41,474 nt of DNA. Source: Candidatus Amesbacteria bacterium. Lineage in GTDB: Bacteria > Patescibacteriota > Microgenomatia > CAZETR01 > Amesbacteraceae. Under the pieces are notes generated by a model that was given only the letters and a program-made list of their open reading frames with translations, had not been told where the DNA came from and did not search any database. A program made the position numbers and the translations under genes. Of the stretch, positions 26,375 to 33,993 are shown piece by piece. Numbering within the stretch: position 1 is the stretch's first letter; each line of letters opens with the position of its first letter. The stretch is from positions 1 to 41,474 of the forward strand of contig JACRNA010000022.1 in assembly GCA_016219445.1 (NCBI GenBank). Reading direction: 5' to 3'.

Positions 26375-26986
26375 TCATCCAGTAGATGTTACCATATAGC
26401 GCTCGGAAGACAAAGTGAATTTGGTTCCAGATTTCTTGGCCTGTGTCCAGTACATACCTTTCTTTTGCTTAGCTCTGGCATTATTGGCAGCCAACCAATT
26501 TTTGGATTCGGCCACCTTGGTTCTCAAGCTAGATATAAGCGATCTCAAAGTTTCAAAAAAGTTTCGGTGATAGACACCGGGGTTTACTACAGATTGCATA
26601 GTTGCAATTTGAACTTCTTTACCCAAATCACCCAGTGATTTAGCCATCTTATGGATATCCTCTTGGATAGCTGTAATTTGCTGTTTGACTTGGGTTTCCG
26701 CTTGAATAAAGAAAGTTCGCTCTTGAGTAAGTCTGTGCTCATATTTCTTTCCTGCCTTCGTTTCTCCCTCATTTTTGGCTTTTTCCAGGTCAGCAAGAGA
26801 ATATTGCTGACCGGCTTTGAGATCGACACTAGACTTCAACCCAAGCATTTCTGGAAGGTCGTCGAGTATGGCTTTTTTGACCTGAATCTTCGCTTCCTCA
26901 CCTAGGTTCTTCGATAGTCCGCGTAAAGCTTCCGCAAAGCTGTCTGCGGGCATTTGGACTCTCTTTTGAGCACTATTACTTGCCAT
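26375..26986 (-). CDS. Conserved hypothetical coiled-coil protein (resembles CPR DUF5660-type proteins)
   Basis: 203-aa ORF with PGVYH…FFE and a C-terminal YW…GTKF.LS.ER. Family assignment is from memory only. Confidence 0.65.
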   Translation of the reverse strand: MASNSAQKRVQMPADSFAEALRGLSKNLGEEAKIQVKKAILDDLPEMLGLKSSVDLKAGQQYSLADLEKAKNEGETKAGKKYEHRLTQERTFFIQAETQVKQQITAIQEDIHKMAKSLGDLGKEVQIATMQSVVNPGVYHRNFFETLRSLISSLRTKVAESKNWLAANNARAKQKKGMYWTQAKKSGTKFTLSSERYMVTSTG

Positions 26987-27004
26987 AGTCTGACTATAGG
27001 CCTA

Positions 27005-27655
27005 TTATACCAGATTGTTCAAATACTCAAGGGTCTTAGCCCTGTTTTCAAATTTGTGTACTGTTTTTATTTTTTCCAAAATAAATTCCATTTTCAAGTC
27101 TCTCTTTGCTTCTTCCAAGGCTGTCGCTCTCAGCCCTTCGGCATTGGTTTTTTTGGATTGTAAATATTGCTCGGTGGTTAGTCCCAATTTGGTAATGTTT
27201 TCGGAAAGAAGTGATAATCTATGATTGGCTTCTTCTTGGGCAAGAATCTCTGGAATTAGAGCTGAAGTCTTCTTATCCAAGTATTCTATACCCTTGGCTT
27301 TATATTCAGCCGGTAGTACTATTTCGGGGGCTTCACAAACTACGGCTACAAATTCCCAATCTTCATTTTCTTTGGCTTTCTTTAAGCTTATCTGGGGATA
27401 AAGAATGGGTGTGATTTTGTGAGTTTTTATAGCTTTCTCATATAGCTTGGGGAGCAAATCTTGGGCAGCATGAGAATACAAATCATTTTTATTCAAATTT
27501 TGTTCAACTGAAGCTCTTGGAGCCTTGCCTTTTCGAAACCCTGGTAACTCGGCATTGGAGACAGCCTCTAACACCAGCTTTTCATATTGCTCTGAAATTT
27601 CCTTCCAAGTAAGTATCAGATCAAGTTCTATATTTCCATTTGGGAGGCGTTTCAT
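27005..27655 (-). CDS. tig: Trigger factor, short form without the FKBP domain
   Basis: Ribosome-binding signature PGFRKGKAP; only 216 aa. Confidence 0.85.
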   Translation of the reverse strand: MKRLPNGNIELDLILTWKEISEQYEKLVLEAVSNAELPGFRKGKAPRASVEQNLNKNDLYSHAAQDLLPKLYEKAIKTHKITPILYPQISLKKAKENEDWEFVAVVCEAPEIVLPAEYKAKGIEYLDKKTSALIPEILAQEEANHRLSLLSENITKLGLTTEQYLQSKKTNAEGLRATALEEAKRDLKMEFILEKIKTVHKFENRAKTLEYLNNLV

Positions 27656-28254
27656 TACTTTGTCAGAGTTGTGGTATCTAAAAATAGATCGCCAATTGCC
27701 AACTTGTTAATGACATCCATGCCGGATATCACTTTTCCAAAATAGGTATATTCATTGTTCAAAAATTGAGAATCTTTCTTGATGATAAAGAATTGAGAAT
27801 CGTTACTATATTCTTTGGGAAATTCTTTGCGGGCTACCCCTACGCTACCGACTACAAATGGTTCGCTCGATGTTTCTGTAGCCAGATCAGATTTTCCACC
27901 CGTTCCATTGCCTAGAGGGTCACATCCCTGGACGACCCAATCCTCAACTCTGTGCCAAGTCAGGTTATTACAATATCCTGAATTAAATTTAGCGAGAAAG
28001 TTTGCTACTGTCTTAGGAGCTAGGTCGGGTCTAAGTTCAATTACAAAGTCACCTTTGGATGTATTGATTTTGACTTGAGGTCTGAAATTAGTATTCATAG
28101 TACTGTTTGCCGGAGTACCGGATGGACTGGCTGTCTCAACTTTGCCTGTAGGCAGACTTTTGTTGCTAAATTTTTTGCTGATTAAGACCCCTGCAATTAT
28201 AACCAAAATAACGACAATTATTCCTGCGACCAAATACCTATTATTTTCATCCAT
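27655..28254 (-). CDS. Membrane-anchored cyclophilin-type peptidyl-prolyl isomerase
   Basis: TM helix; APKTVANF, HRV…QGCDP.G.GTGG, SQFFI, YTYFGKV. Confidence 0.92.
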   Translation of the reverse strand: MDENNRYLVAGIIVVILVIIAGVLISKKFSNKSLPTGKVETASPSGTPANSTMNTNFRPQVKINTSKGDFVIELRPDLAPKTVANFLAKFNSGYCNNLTWHRVEDWVVQGCDPLGNGTGGKSDLATETSSEPFVVGSVGVARKEFPKEYSNDSQFFIIKKDSQFLNNEYTYFGKVISGMDVINKLAIGDLFLDTTTLTK

Positions 28255-28274
28255 GCGCCGATAATACACGAAAT

Positions 28275-28553
28275 TTAGTCAATTGGCAAGGATATCTGTC
28301 TATCGATGACAGGCATCTGCATAGAGCTTTCGATATTTGTAAAATTACTCAATTGATTTCTGATCTCAGTCAAGCTGTCCGGGCTCGTGATATTTGAAGC
28401 GGGAATGGGCTTATATATTCCACTTCCTTCTGGATTTTGGATAGTAGCCGCGCGAAAAATTGGTAATTTTGCAATCAAAAGATCTACCACTAATACAAAT
28501 ATCATGGCAGGAATAGACAGCCAGACAGGACTAAGGCCGTGTGGTAGCTTCAT
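28275..28553 (-). CDS. Hypothetical membrane protein
   Basis: ORF with one TM helix in an operon-like arrangement; start uncertain (28583 is the alternative). Confidence 0.55.
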   Translation of the reverse strand: MKLPHGLSPVWLSIPAMIFVLVVDLLIAKLPIFRAATIQNPEGSGIYKPIPASNITSPDSLTEIRNQLSNFTNIESSMQMPVIDRQISLPID

Positions 28554-29112
28554 GGAGTATTTGGGAGGCACTAGATAGAGCATCCCGGCTTTCTTTCAAA
28601 TAACTTAAGTAGTTTTCATATGACCAATCATTGGTATCTAATACGACCAAGTTACGCTTGGTTTCGGAAAACTGGAGCTTTTCTAAATAGAGCTTGGCGT
28701 TTCCGGTTGTCATTTTGTCGGTGGTGCCAATATTTGCCAGATTGTCCTGAAGGACTTGTAAATTGTTCTTGAGGATTGTCAGCCTGGCTTGGTTTGCTAC
28801 TTTTGTGATTCGTTCCAGCTTATTTTCCCATTCCAGACTTGCTTTGTTTACCTCAGTAAGCGTATCGTAGCTTTTGATGCTTTGCTCCCACGAGGTGAGT
28901 TCCGCATCCAAAGAATTTTCTCCTAAGCTATGTAAATACTCCAGTATCAATTTGTTTCTTGATAACAATAAAGTTAGAGTTTTATTGACTGCTTCCTGAC
29001 GGGTGGAACTCGTGCGGTATTGGATATATTGATTCTTGGCAGTCAAATACCGCTTGGAAGCTTGTTGGTAATCAGGGAATGCAGATAGGACAAATAATAA
29101 AATTGGCAGCAT
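28531..29112 (-). CDS. Hypothetical helical protein with a signal-like N-terminus
   Basis: 193-aa ORF. Confidence 0.7.
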   Translation of the reverse strand: MLPILLFVLSAFPDYQQASKRYLTAKNQYIQYRTSSTRQEAVNKTLTLLLSRNKLILEYLHSLGENSLDAELTSWEQSIKSYDTLTEVNKASLEWENKLERITKVANQARLTILKNNLQVLQDNLANIGTTDKMTTGNAKLYLEKLQFSETKRNLVVLDTNDWSYENYLSYLKESRDALSSASQILHEATTRP

Positions 29113-29138
29113 ATATCTATATTAACATTTTATGTTAT

Positions 29139-29272
29139 GTGGACTCTTTTTGAAAAAATCCGAACTTCCTTTCGCGAAAACCGCTAAACTGTCAGCTCGT
29201 CCCGCTTCGCGGGACTCGCTTTTATCCTTGCGCTCGCGGAGCTTATCCCGCTATGCGGGGCTCGCGCTTTCG
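29139..29272 (+). repeat. Inverted repeat A (outer copy; putative attL element arm)
   Basis: 29139-29237 is the reverse complement of 33736-33835 with 2 substitutions and 1 indel; 29260-29272 also matches 33720-33732. Confidence 0.92.
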
Positions 29273-29827
29273 ATTATTTAAGAATGTTTTCGGCGCGCGC
29301 GTTCTCGCCAGCGGGCGAGTAAGGAAGGATTTATAGTTTTCCTTGGCCCACCCTTCCCGTCCGCGGAAAACGATTTTCTCCCCTGTATTGTAGCTGAAAA
29401 GACAAGAGAAATACAGGCTGTCTTGACTTCACACTATCCCACCCTCCCAGAATAAATTGATGGCGGCGACCCCATCCTCGTTCGCAGGGCGCCCTAGGGG
29501 GCGCCTCGCCAGTGTCTTTGCCTTCTAACTTCTCATACAATCTCTTCCGAAGTAAGAGAATTTCTTGTAAGTCAGCTCACTGCGGTGGGGTATCCGCTTT
29601 TTCGCCCCCGCCTTCTTTATTCTACCCCTGTCCAGTGTCCGTACCATTGGCGGGTAATTCGGATGGCTCGCCCTGCATTTCCTTCTATCCAAAGCATTTC
29701 CAGCAGGGCTCGCGTGGGTCGGGCGCACTCGTAAATGTTCCAAATAATACGTTAGAATTTCTGTCGTGCGCCCTCCTTTTCAGCAGGTACTCTCCGATGG
29801 GGCGGGGGCGGCGGAGCCGCCAATAAT

Positions 29828-31273
29828 CTATTTGAATACTTTATGCTTTTTCTCCAGCTCCAGAAAGATAGCTAATGGAACATTTGCCGTAAAGTTTTTT
29901 CTGTCGGTGCGAGCCTCTAATAGCTTACCAACCGCTGTGATACAAAAACCAAGGGCAGGTATTTGCCAATTCATTCCGCCTGATAAAATTGCTGCGATGC
30001 CCCCTGATCCTGTAACCCATTTTAGAAGTTCCTTATCAATTTTTGTCCATTCTTCTTTTGTTTTTCCATATTCTTCCTGTAATTCCTCAGATAACCGTCT
30101 TGCCAACTTTTCCGCCTCTTCGTATGATGGGTTTCCTTCAATACCGACCCATACCTTACGTAGGAACTGCCTAAATCCTTCCAGTCTGCCTTCTTCCTTT
30201 AACCTAAAAGCAAATTTAGGATCGATGTTGTTGAGAAAATTGAACTCTAGACTTTGGAAAGATTTTGTAAGAGGGCTCCAAACTTCACCTTCAGAAGATT
30301 GGGCCTGTTTTGTTGATAGAATTTCCCGCCATTGCTCCCGTCGGTCAGTATACAGATAGGACCCTGTCAATTGTCCGATGTACAAAGCAAGCTCTAGGTT
30401 TGCACCGTTCCTCATTACGTGGAGCTCCCCACCATCCGGTAGTTCCTGATCCAATATCATTGGGTCTTCTTTCCTCATTTTTTGTACGTATTGGACCATT
30501 TCGGCCATTCCTTTATTATCCATTGTGGGGATAGCGTTCTTGATGCTAATTGCGAGTTTATCTTTGGGTAACCGATACATAGTTTTGGCAAGCATTGCTA
30601 TACCTCTTGGTTTTATTTCGGCGATTGTTTCTTTTGTAAGTTCAAGTTTCTGATCTTTCCACCTTTTTTCAGCCATCTGCCATACTTCCTTCCTAAGTGA
30701 GTAATCGAAGTCGCAAGGGTTGGGAATAAGGTTGACTAGGCCAGCTCCAATCCAAGGCGCTAACCGGAAAATAAAGGCAATCATCTCTAGGGTATCTTGT
30801 TTATATAATTCAGGGTGAACGATTGGGTTAAAATCTGTAGCTATAGTACGAGGGTTCATAAAAGGACTAACTACTAAAACTTCATCCGTATAGAGGCTAT
30901 ACCTTACTATGTTTTGCAATATCGCGTTTAAATCAGGTTTGGTTTCACCCATATAAAAGCCTCTGAGATTTTTACTCGGTTTGGGTAGTAATGAAATAAT
31001 GTCCGTATCTGTTGGCCACAGCCAAGAAACGACTCTATAAAGCTCTCTTACTTGATCATTGGACATCTCTCGTCTGAAGTCATTCCAAGTTATGCCTCTA
31101 TTGAAGCCAAAAATATCAACGATCGCATTTAGAAGTACAACGTTTCTCTCCTTTATACTTCTTTGGTGAAAAGGATTGGATTGAGGTGTCACAGCAAGAT
31201 GCTTATTGAGATGACACTTTTTATATTTCCTCCCGCTACCACAAGGACATAGATCATTTCTACCGATTTTCAT
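29828..31273 (-). CDS. SEC-C motif-containing protein of unknown function
   Basis: N-terminal KIGRNDLCPCGSGRKYKKCH. Confidence 0.85.
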   Translation of the reverse strand: MKIGRNDLCPCGSGRKYKKCHLNKHLAVTPQSNPFHQRSIKERNVVLLNAIVDIFGFNRGITWNDFRREMSNDQVRELYRVVSWLWPTDTDIISLLPKPSKNLRGFYMGETKPDLNAILQNIVRYSLYTDEVLVVSPFMNPRTIATDFNPIVHPELYKQDTLEMIAFIFRLAPWIGAGLVNLIPNPCDFDYSLRKEVWQMAEKRWKDQKLELTKETIAEIKPRGIAMLAKTMYRLPKDKLAISIKNAIPTMDNKGMAEMVQYVQKMRKEDPMILDQELPDGGELHVMRNGANLELALYIGQLTGSYLYTDRREQWREILSTKQAQSSEGEVWSPLTKSFQSLEFNFLNNIDPKFAFRLKEEGRLEGFRQFLRKVWVGIEGNPSYEEAEKLARRLSEELQEEYGKTKEEWTKIDKELLKWVTGSGGIAAILSGGMNWQIPALGFCITAVGKLLEARTDRKNFTANVPLAIFLELEKKHKVFK

Positions 31274-31282
31274 AATTGCTTC

Positions 31283-31340
31283 TTGACTTTCGATTTATTT
31301 TCTAACTATACTAGTATATAGAAAGAAATTAGAATGTCAA
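31283..31340. promoter_or_regulatory. Overlapping divergent promoters with a palindromic centre
   Basis: Plus strand TTGACT-18-TATACT, minus strand TTGACA-16-TATACT; the two -10 boxes form the palindrome tatactagtata. Confidence 0.6.
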
Positions 31341-31341
31341 T

Positions 31342-32763
31342 ATGATAACAAAGCGCCAGAAGCAGGTACTAGAGTTTATAAAAATATTTCGAGACAAGAA
31401 GGGCTATGCTCCGTCTTTGGAAGAAATAAAGCACCATTTTGGCCTAGCTTCGGTATCCACTGCTCATTATCACGTTAAGTCCCTCGAGAAAATGAGTTAT
31501 CTTAAAAAGCAGGAAAATTTACCGAGAAGCATTGATGTATTTGAAACACGGCCCATGGTTCAAATCCCTATTTTAGGTCGTATTTCTGCCGGGCAACCAA
31601 TAGAGGCAATTCAAGATAAAGAAATTATTGCGGTTCAACAAAACCTAATCCTTTCTTCCTCAGAAGTTTATGCTCTTCGTGTAGTTGGTAACAGTATGAT
31701 TGAAGAAAATATAAATGATGGTGATGTTATTTTAGTCCGCAAACAGGAAACCGCAGAAAACGGACAGAAAGTGGTCGCACTTATAGATAATCACGAAGCA
31801 ACTTTGAAGAAATTCTATAGAGAGAAGGGGCATATCCGATTGCAACCAGCTAATAAGGCTATGGAGCCACTTATATTTAGAAATGGACATGATATTTCTA
31901 TTCAAGGTGTTGTTTTGGATGTCATCCGAGAAGGGCTGTCGCCAACCGTTGTTTCCACAGAAATTGAAGCTAAACCTAGTGAATATAGGGAACTTCCCTT
32001 GAACGAAATTATCTGCGGAGACGCAGTTGACGTAATGAAGGCAATGCCTCCGGACTCGATTGATCTGGTGGTAACCTCCCCTCCATACGATGAATTAAGA
32101 AATTATAATGGTTATCGGTTCAATTTTGAGGGAATAGCCAAGGGACTATTCAGAGTTGTCAAAAAAGGCGGTGTCTTAGTGTGGGTAGTCGGAGACAAAA
32201 TAAATAAAGGGGATAGAAGTCTTACAAGCTTCAGACAAGCCCTGTTCTTTCAGAGTGTAGGTTTCAACGCCCATGATGTCATGATTTATAGGAAAAAGAA
32301 CACTCCTTTTATGAGATCTAATGCCTACACAAATTGCTATGAGTTTATGTTCGTTTTCAGTAAAGGTTCTCCCAAAACATTTAATCCCTTAAAAACCAAA
32401 ACCATCCGACAGGGTCAAGAAATGCTTCCGTTCAATAAAAAGGCAGATGGAATAAATAAAAAAACAAAAGGTGAGCTAAAACCAGAAAAAACCTTAACGA
32501 ATATCTGGGATTATGCCGTAGGGTTTGGTGGCTCGACTAGCGATAAAATTGCATTTCAACATACTGCTATATTCCCAGAAAAATTAGCAGAGGACCATGT
32601 TCTTTCATGGACAAAAACAGGAGATGTTGTTTTTGATCCAATGTGCGGTTCTGGAACGACTTGCAAAATGGCCGCTATAAATAAACGCTACTATATTGGA
32701 TGCGATATATCTAAAGAATATGTTGAACTTACGAAGAAAAGGCTAAAATACTTCAATCTCTAG
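31342..32763 (+). CDS. LexA-type repressor fused to an amino (N4-C/N6-A) DNA methyltransferase, beta-class motif order
   Basis: LexA wHTH, Ala-Gly site (ISAG), Ser (GNSM) and Lys (TLKK); then TSPPY before FDPMCGSGTT. Confidence 0.9.
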   Translation: MITKRQKQVLEFIKIFRDKKGYAPSLEEIKHHFGLASVSTAHYHVKSLEKMSYLKKQENLPRSIDVFETRPMVQIPILGRISAGQPIEAIQDKEIIAVQQNLILSSSEVYALRVVGNSMIEENINDGDVILVRKQETAENGQKVVALIDNHEATLKKFYREKGHIRLQPANKAMEPLIFRNGHDISIQGVVLDVIREGLSPTVVSTEIEAKPSEYRELPLNEIICGDAVDVMKAMPPDSIDLVVTSPPYDELRNYNGYRFNFEGIAKGLFRVVKKGGVLVWVVGDKINKGDRSLTSFRQALFFQSVGFNAHDVMIYRKKNTPFMRSNAYTNCYEFMFVFSKGSPKTFNPLKTKTIRQGQEMLPFNKKADGINKKTKGELKPEKTLTNIWDYAVGFGGSTSDKIAFQHTAIFPEKLAEDHVLSWTKTGDVVFDPMCGSGTTCKMAAINKRYYIGCDISKEYVELTKKRLKYFNL

Positions 32764-33344
32764 TAGTTTTTCTTTAGAAACTCCATAGCACTTTTTAGCA
32801 ATTCAACATCGTCCTTGAAACGCCCTAGACCAGTATTACAACTATCGCATATCCAGCCACCTGGTCTGCCTGTACGATGATCGTGTTCTAGAACAACTTT
32901 GCTGGTTATGCCAGCAATTGTTCTTTTTTTACAAACTGGACATTCAAAAGGTTCGTTGTTTGGTTTCTTTTTAAGCCATTCTATTCTATCGGTTCGAGAT
33001 ACGCCGACACCTTCCATTTTTACACGACAATCTTTACAAGAGGGCCGCCTTACTGACCTATTATTTTTTGCGTTCTGATTTTTGGCAAAATCCGTTGTCT
33101 TTTTTAGTTTATGACAAACATTACAAATTTTTTTAGAAAATCCGTCTCCCGTTTTTCTCACATCTATAATATCGATACCATTTTTACCTAAATCAACTTG
33201 CTTCCAAATCCTTATAAAAAATATCGAAGCATTATTTTTTGCTTCTGACTTTATAACGCCAACATCACCTTTTTCAACTACAATCTCTCCGGGAGCTACA
33301 ATGCCCTTCTTTGCTACGACAAATTTATGTGGTGAATTAGTCAT
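32760..33344 (-). CDS. Hpy99I-like type II restriction endonuclease (HNH / beta-beta-alpha-Me)
   Basis: KKICNVCH, RPSCKDCR, CPVC, EHDH, WICDSCNTGLGRFKD closely resemble Hpy99I as recalled. Confidence 0.85.
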   Translation of the reverse strand: MTNSPHKFVVAKKGIVAPGEIVVEKGDVGVIKSEAKNNASIFFIRIWKQVDLGKNGIDIIDVRKTGDGFSKKICNVCHKLKKTTDFAKNQNAKNNRSVRRPSCKDCRVKMEGVGVSRTDRIEWLKKKPNNEPFECPVCKKRTIAGITSKVVLEHDHRTGRPGGWICDSCNTGLGRFKDDVELLKSAMEFLKKNY

Positions 33345-33562
33345 TTTAAAAAATAATCAACTGGCTTTTTATAAATTCGAGCAAATTCTTTCAGTGCAAC
33401 AATATCAATTCGCCTCTGTCCTGCTTCAACCTTTGAGACGTGAGATTGAGTCTTGCCGAGCATTTTTGCCACTTCTGCCTGATCTAAACCATTATCTTCT
33501 CGTGCTCTTTTGAGCTTTTCAATAAGGGCTTTGTGGTCTTTAGAAAAAATCGTTTTTGTCAT
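33341..33562 (-). CDS. XRE-family HTH protein (RM controller-like)
   Basis: LKRAREDNGLDQAEVAKMLGKTQSHVSKVEAGQRRID; directly upstream of and overlapping the REase gene. Confidence 0.88.
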   Translation of the reverse strand: MTKTIFSKDHKALIEKLKRAREDNGLDQAEVAKMLGKTQSHVSKVEAGQRRIDIVALKEFARIYKKPVDYFLK

Positions 33563-33719
33563 AAAGTATTTGACTTATTCTATTTTATATTCCATAATGT
33601 AATATGCCAAATTGGAATAAACAAGGTAGACAAGAAGGCTCACTAAAAATTTTTGCGTTTTTCGGCTGTCCCGATTACCATCGGGACAAAATTCGAACCG
33701 ACTTTTTGAGAAAAAGGTG

Positions 33720-33835
33720 CGAAAGCGCGAGCGAAGCGAGCGCAATGATAAAAAGCGAGTCCCGCGAAGCGGGACGAGCTGACAGTTTAGCGATTTTCGC
33801 GAAAGGAAGTTCGGATTTTTTCAAAAAGAGTCCAC
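33720..33835 (-). repeat. Inverted repeat A' (inner copy)
   Basis: Reverse complement of 29139-29272; the outer copy carries an extra hairpin insert. Confidence 0.92.
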
Positions 33836-33933
33836 CAAATTGGATTTTGTAGCGAGTCGGAGGCGGCTCCGCAGGAGCCGCCGAAGGAAAAGACCTCTGC
33901 GAAGCCCTTTTTGAACTGGCAAAAAAGCTGCCG
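33832..33933 (-). repeat. Inverted repeat B' (inner copy, 102 bp)
   Basis: Exact reverse complement of 35401-35502. Confidence 0.95.
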
Positions 33934-33993
33934 GAGAAAAAGGAAAACAAAGTGGCCGAAAAACGCAAAAATTTAAGAAAGAAGTAACTGCCT

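Noticed and set aside
29115..29140. dif-like site (…taacat-ttt-atgtta…)
   Set aside because: Only partial XerD-arm similarity with the wrong spacing; better explained as the attB flank or promoter region.
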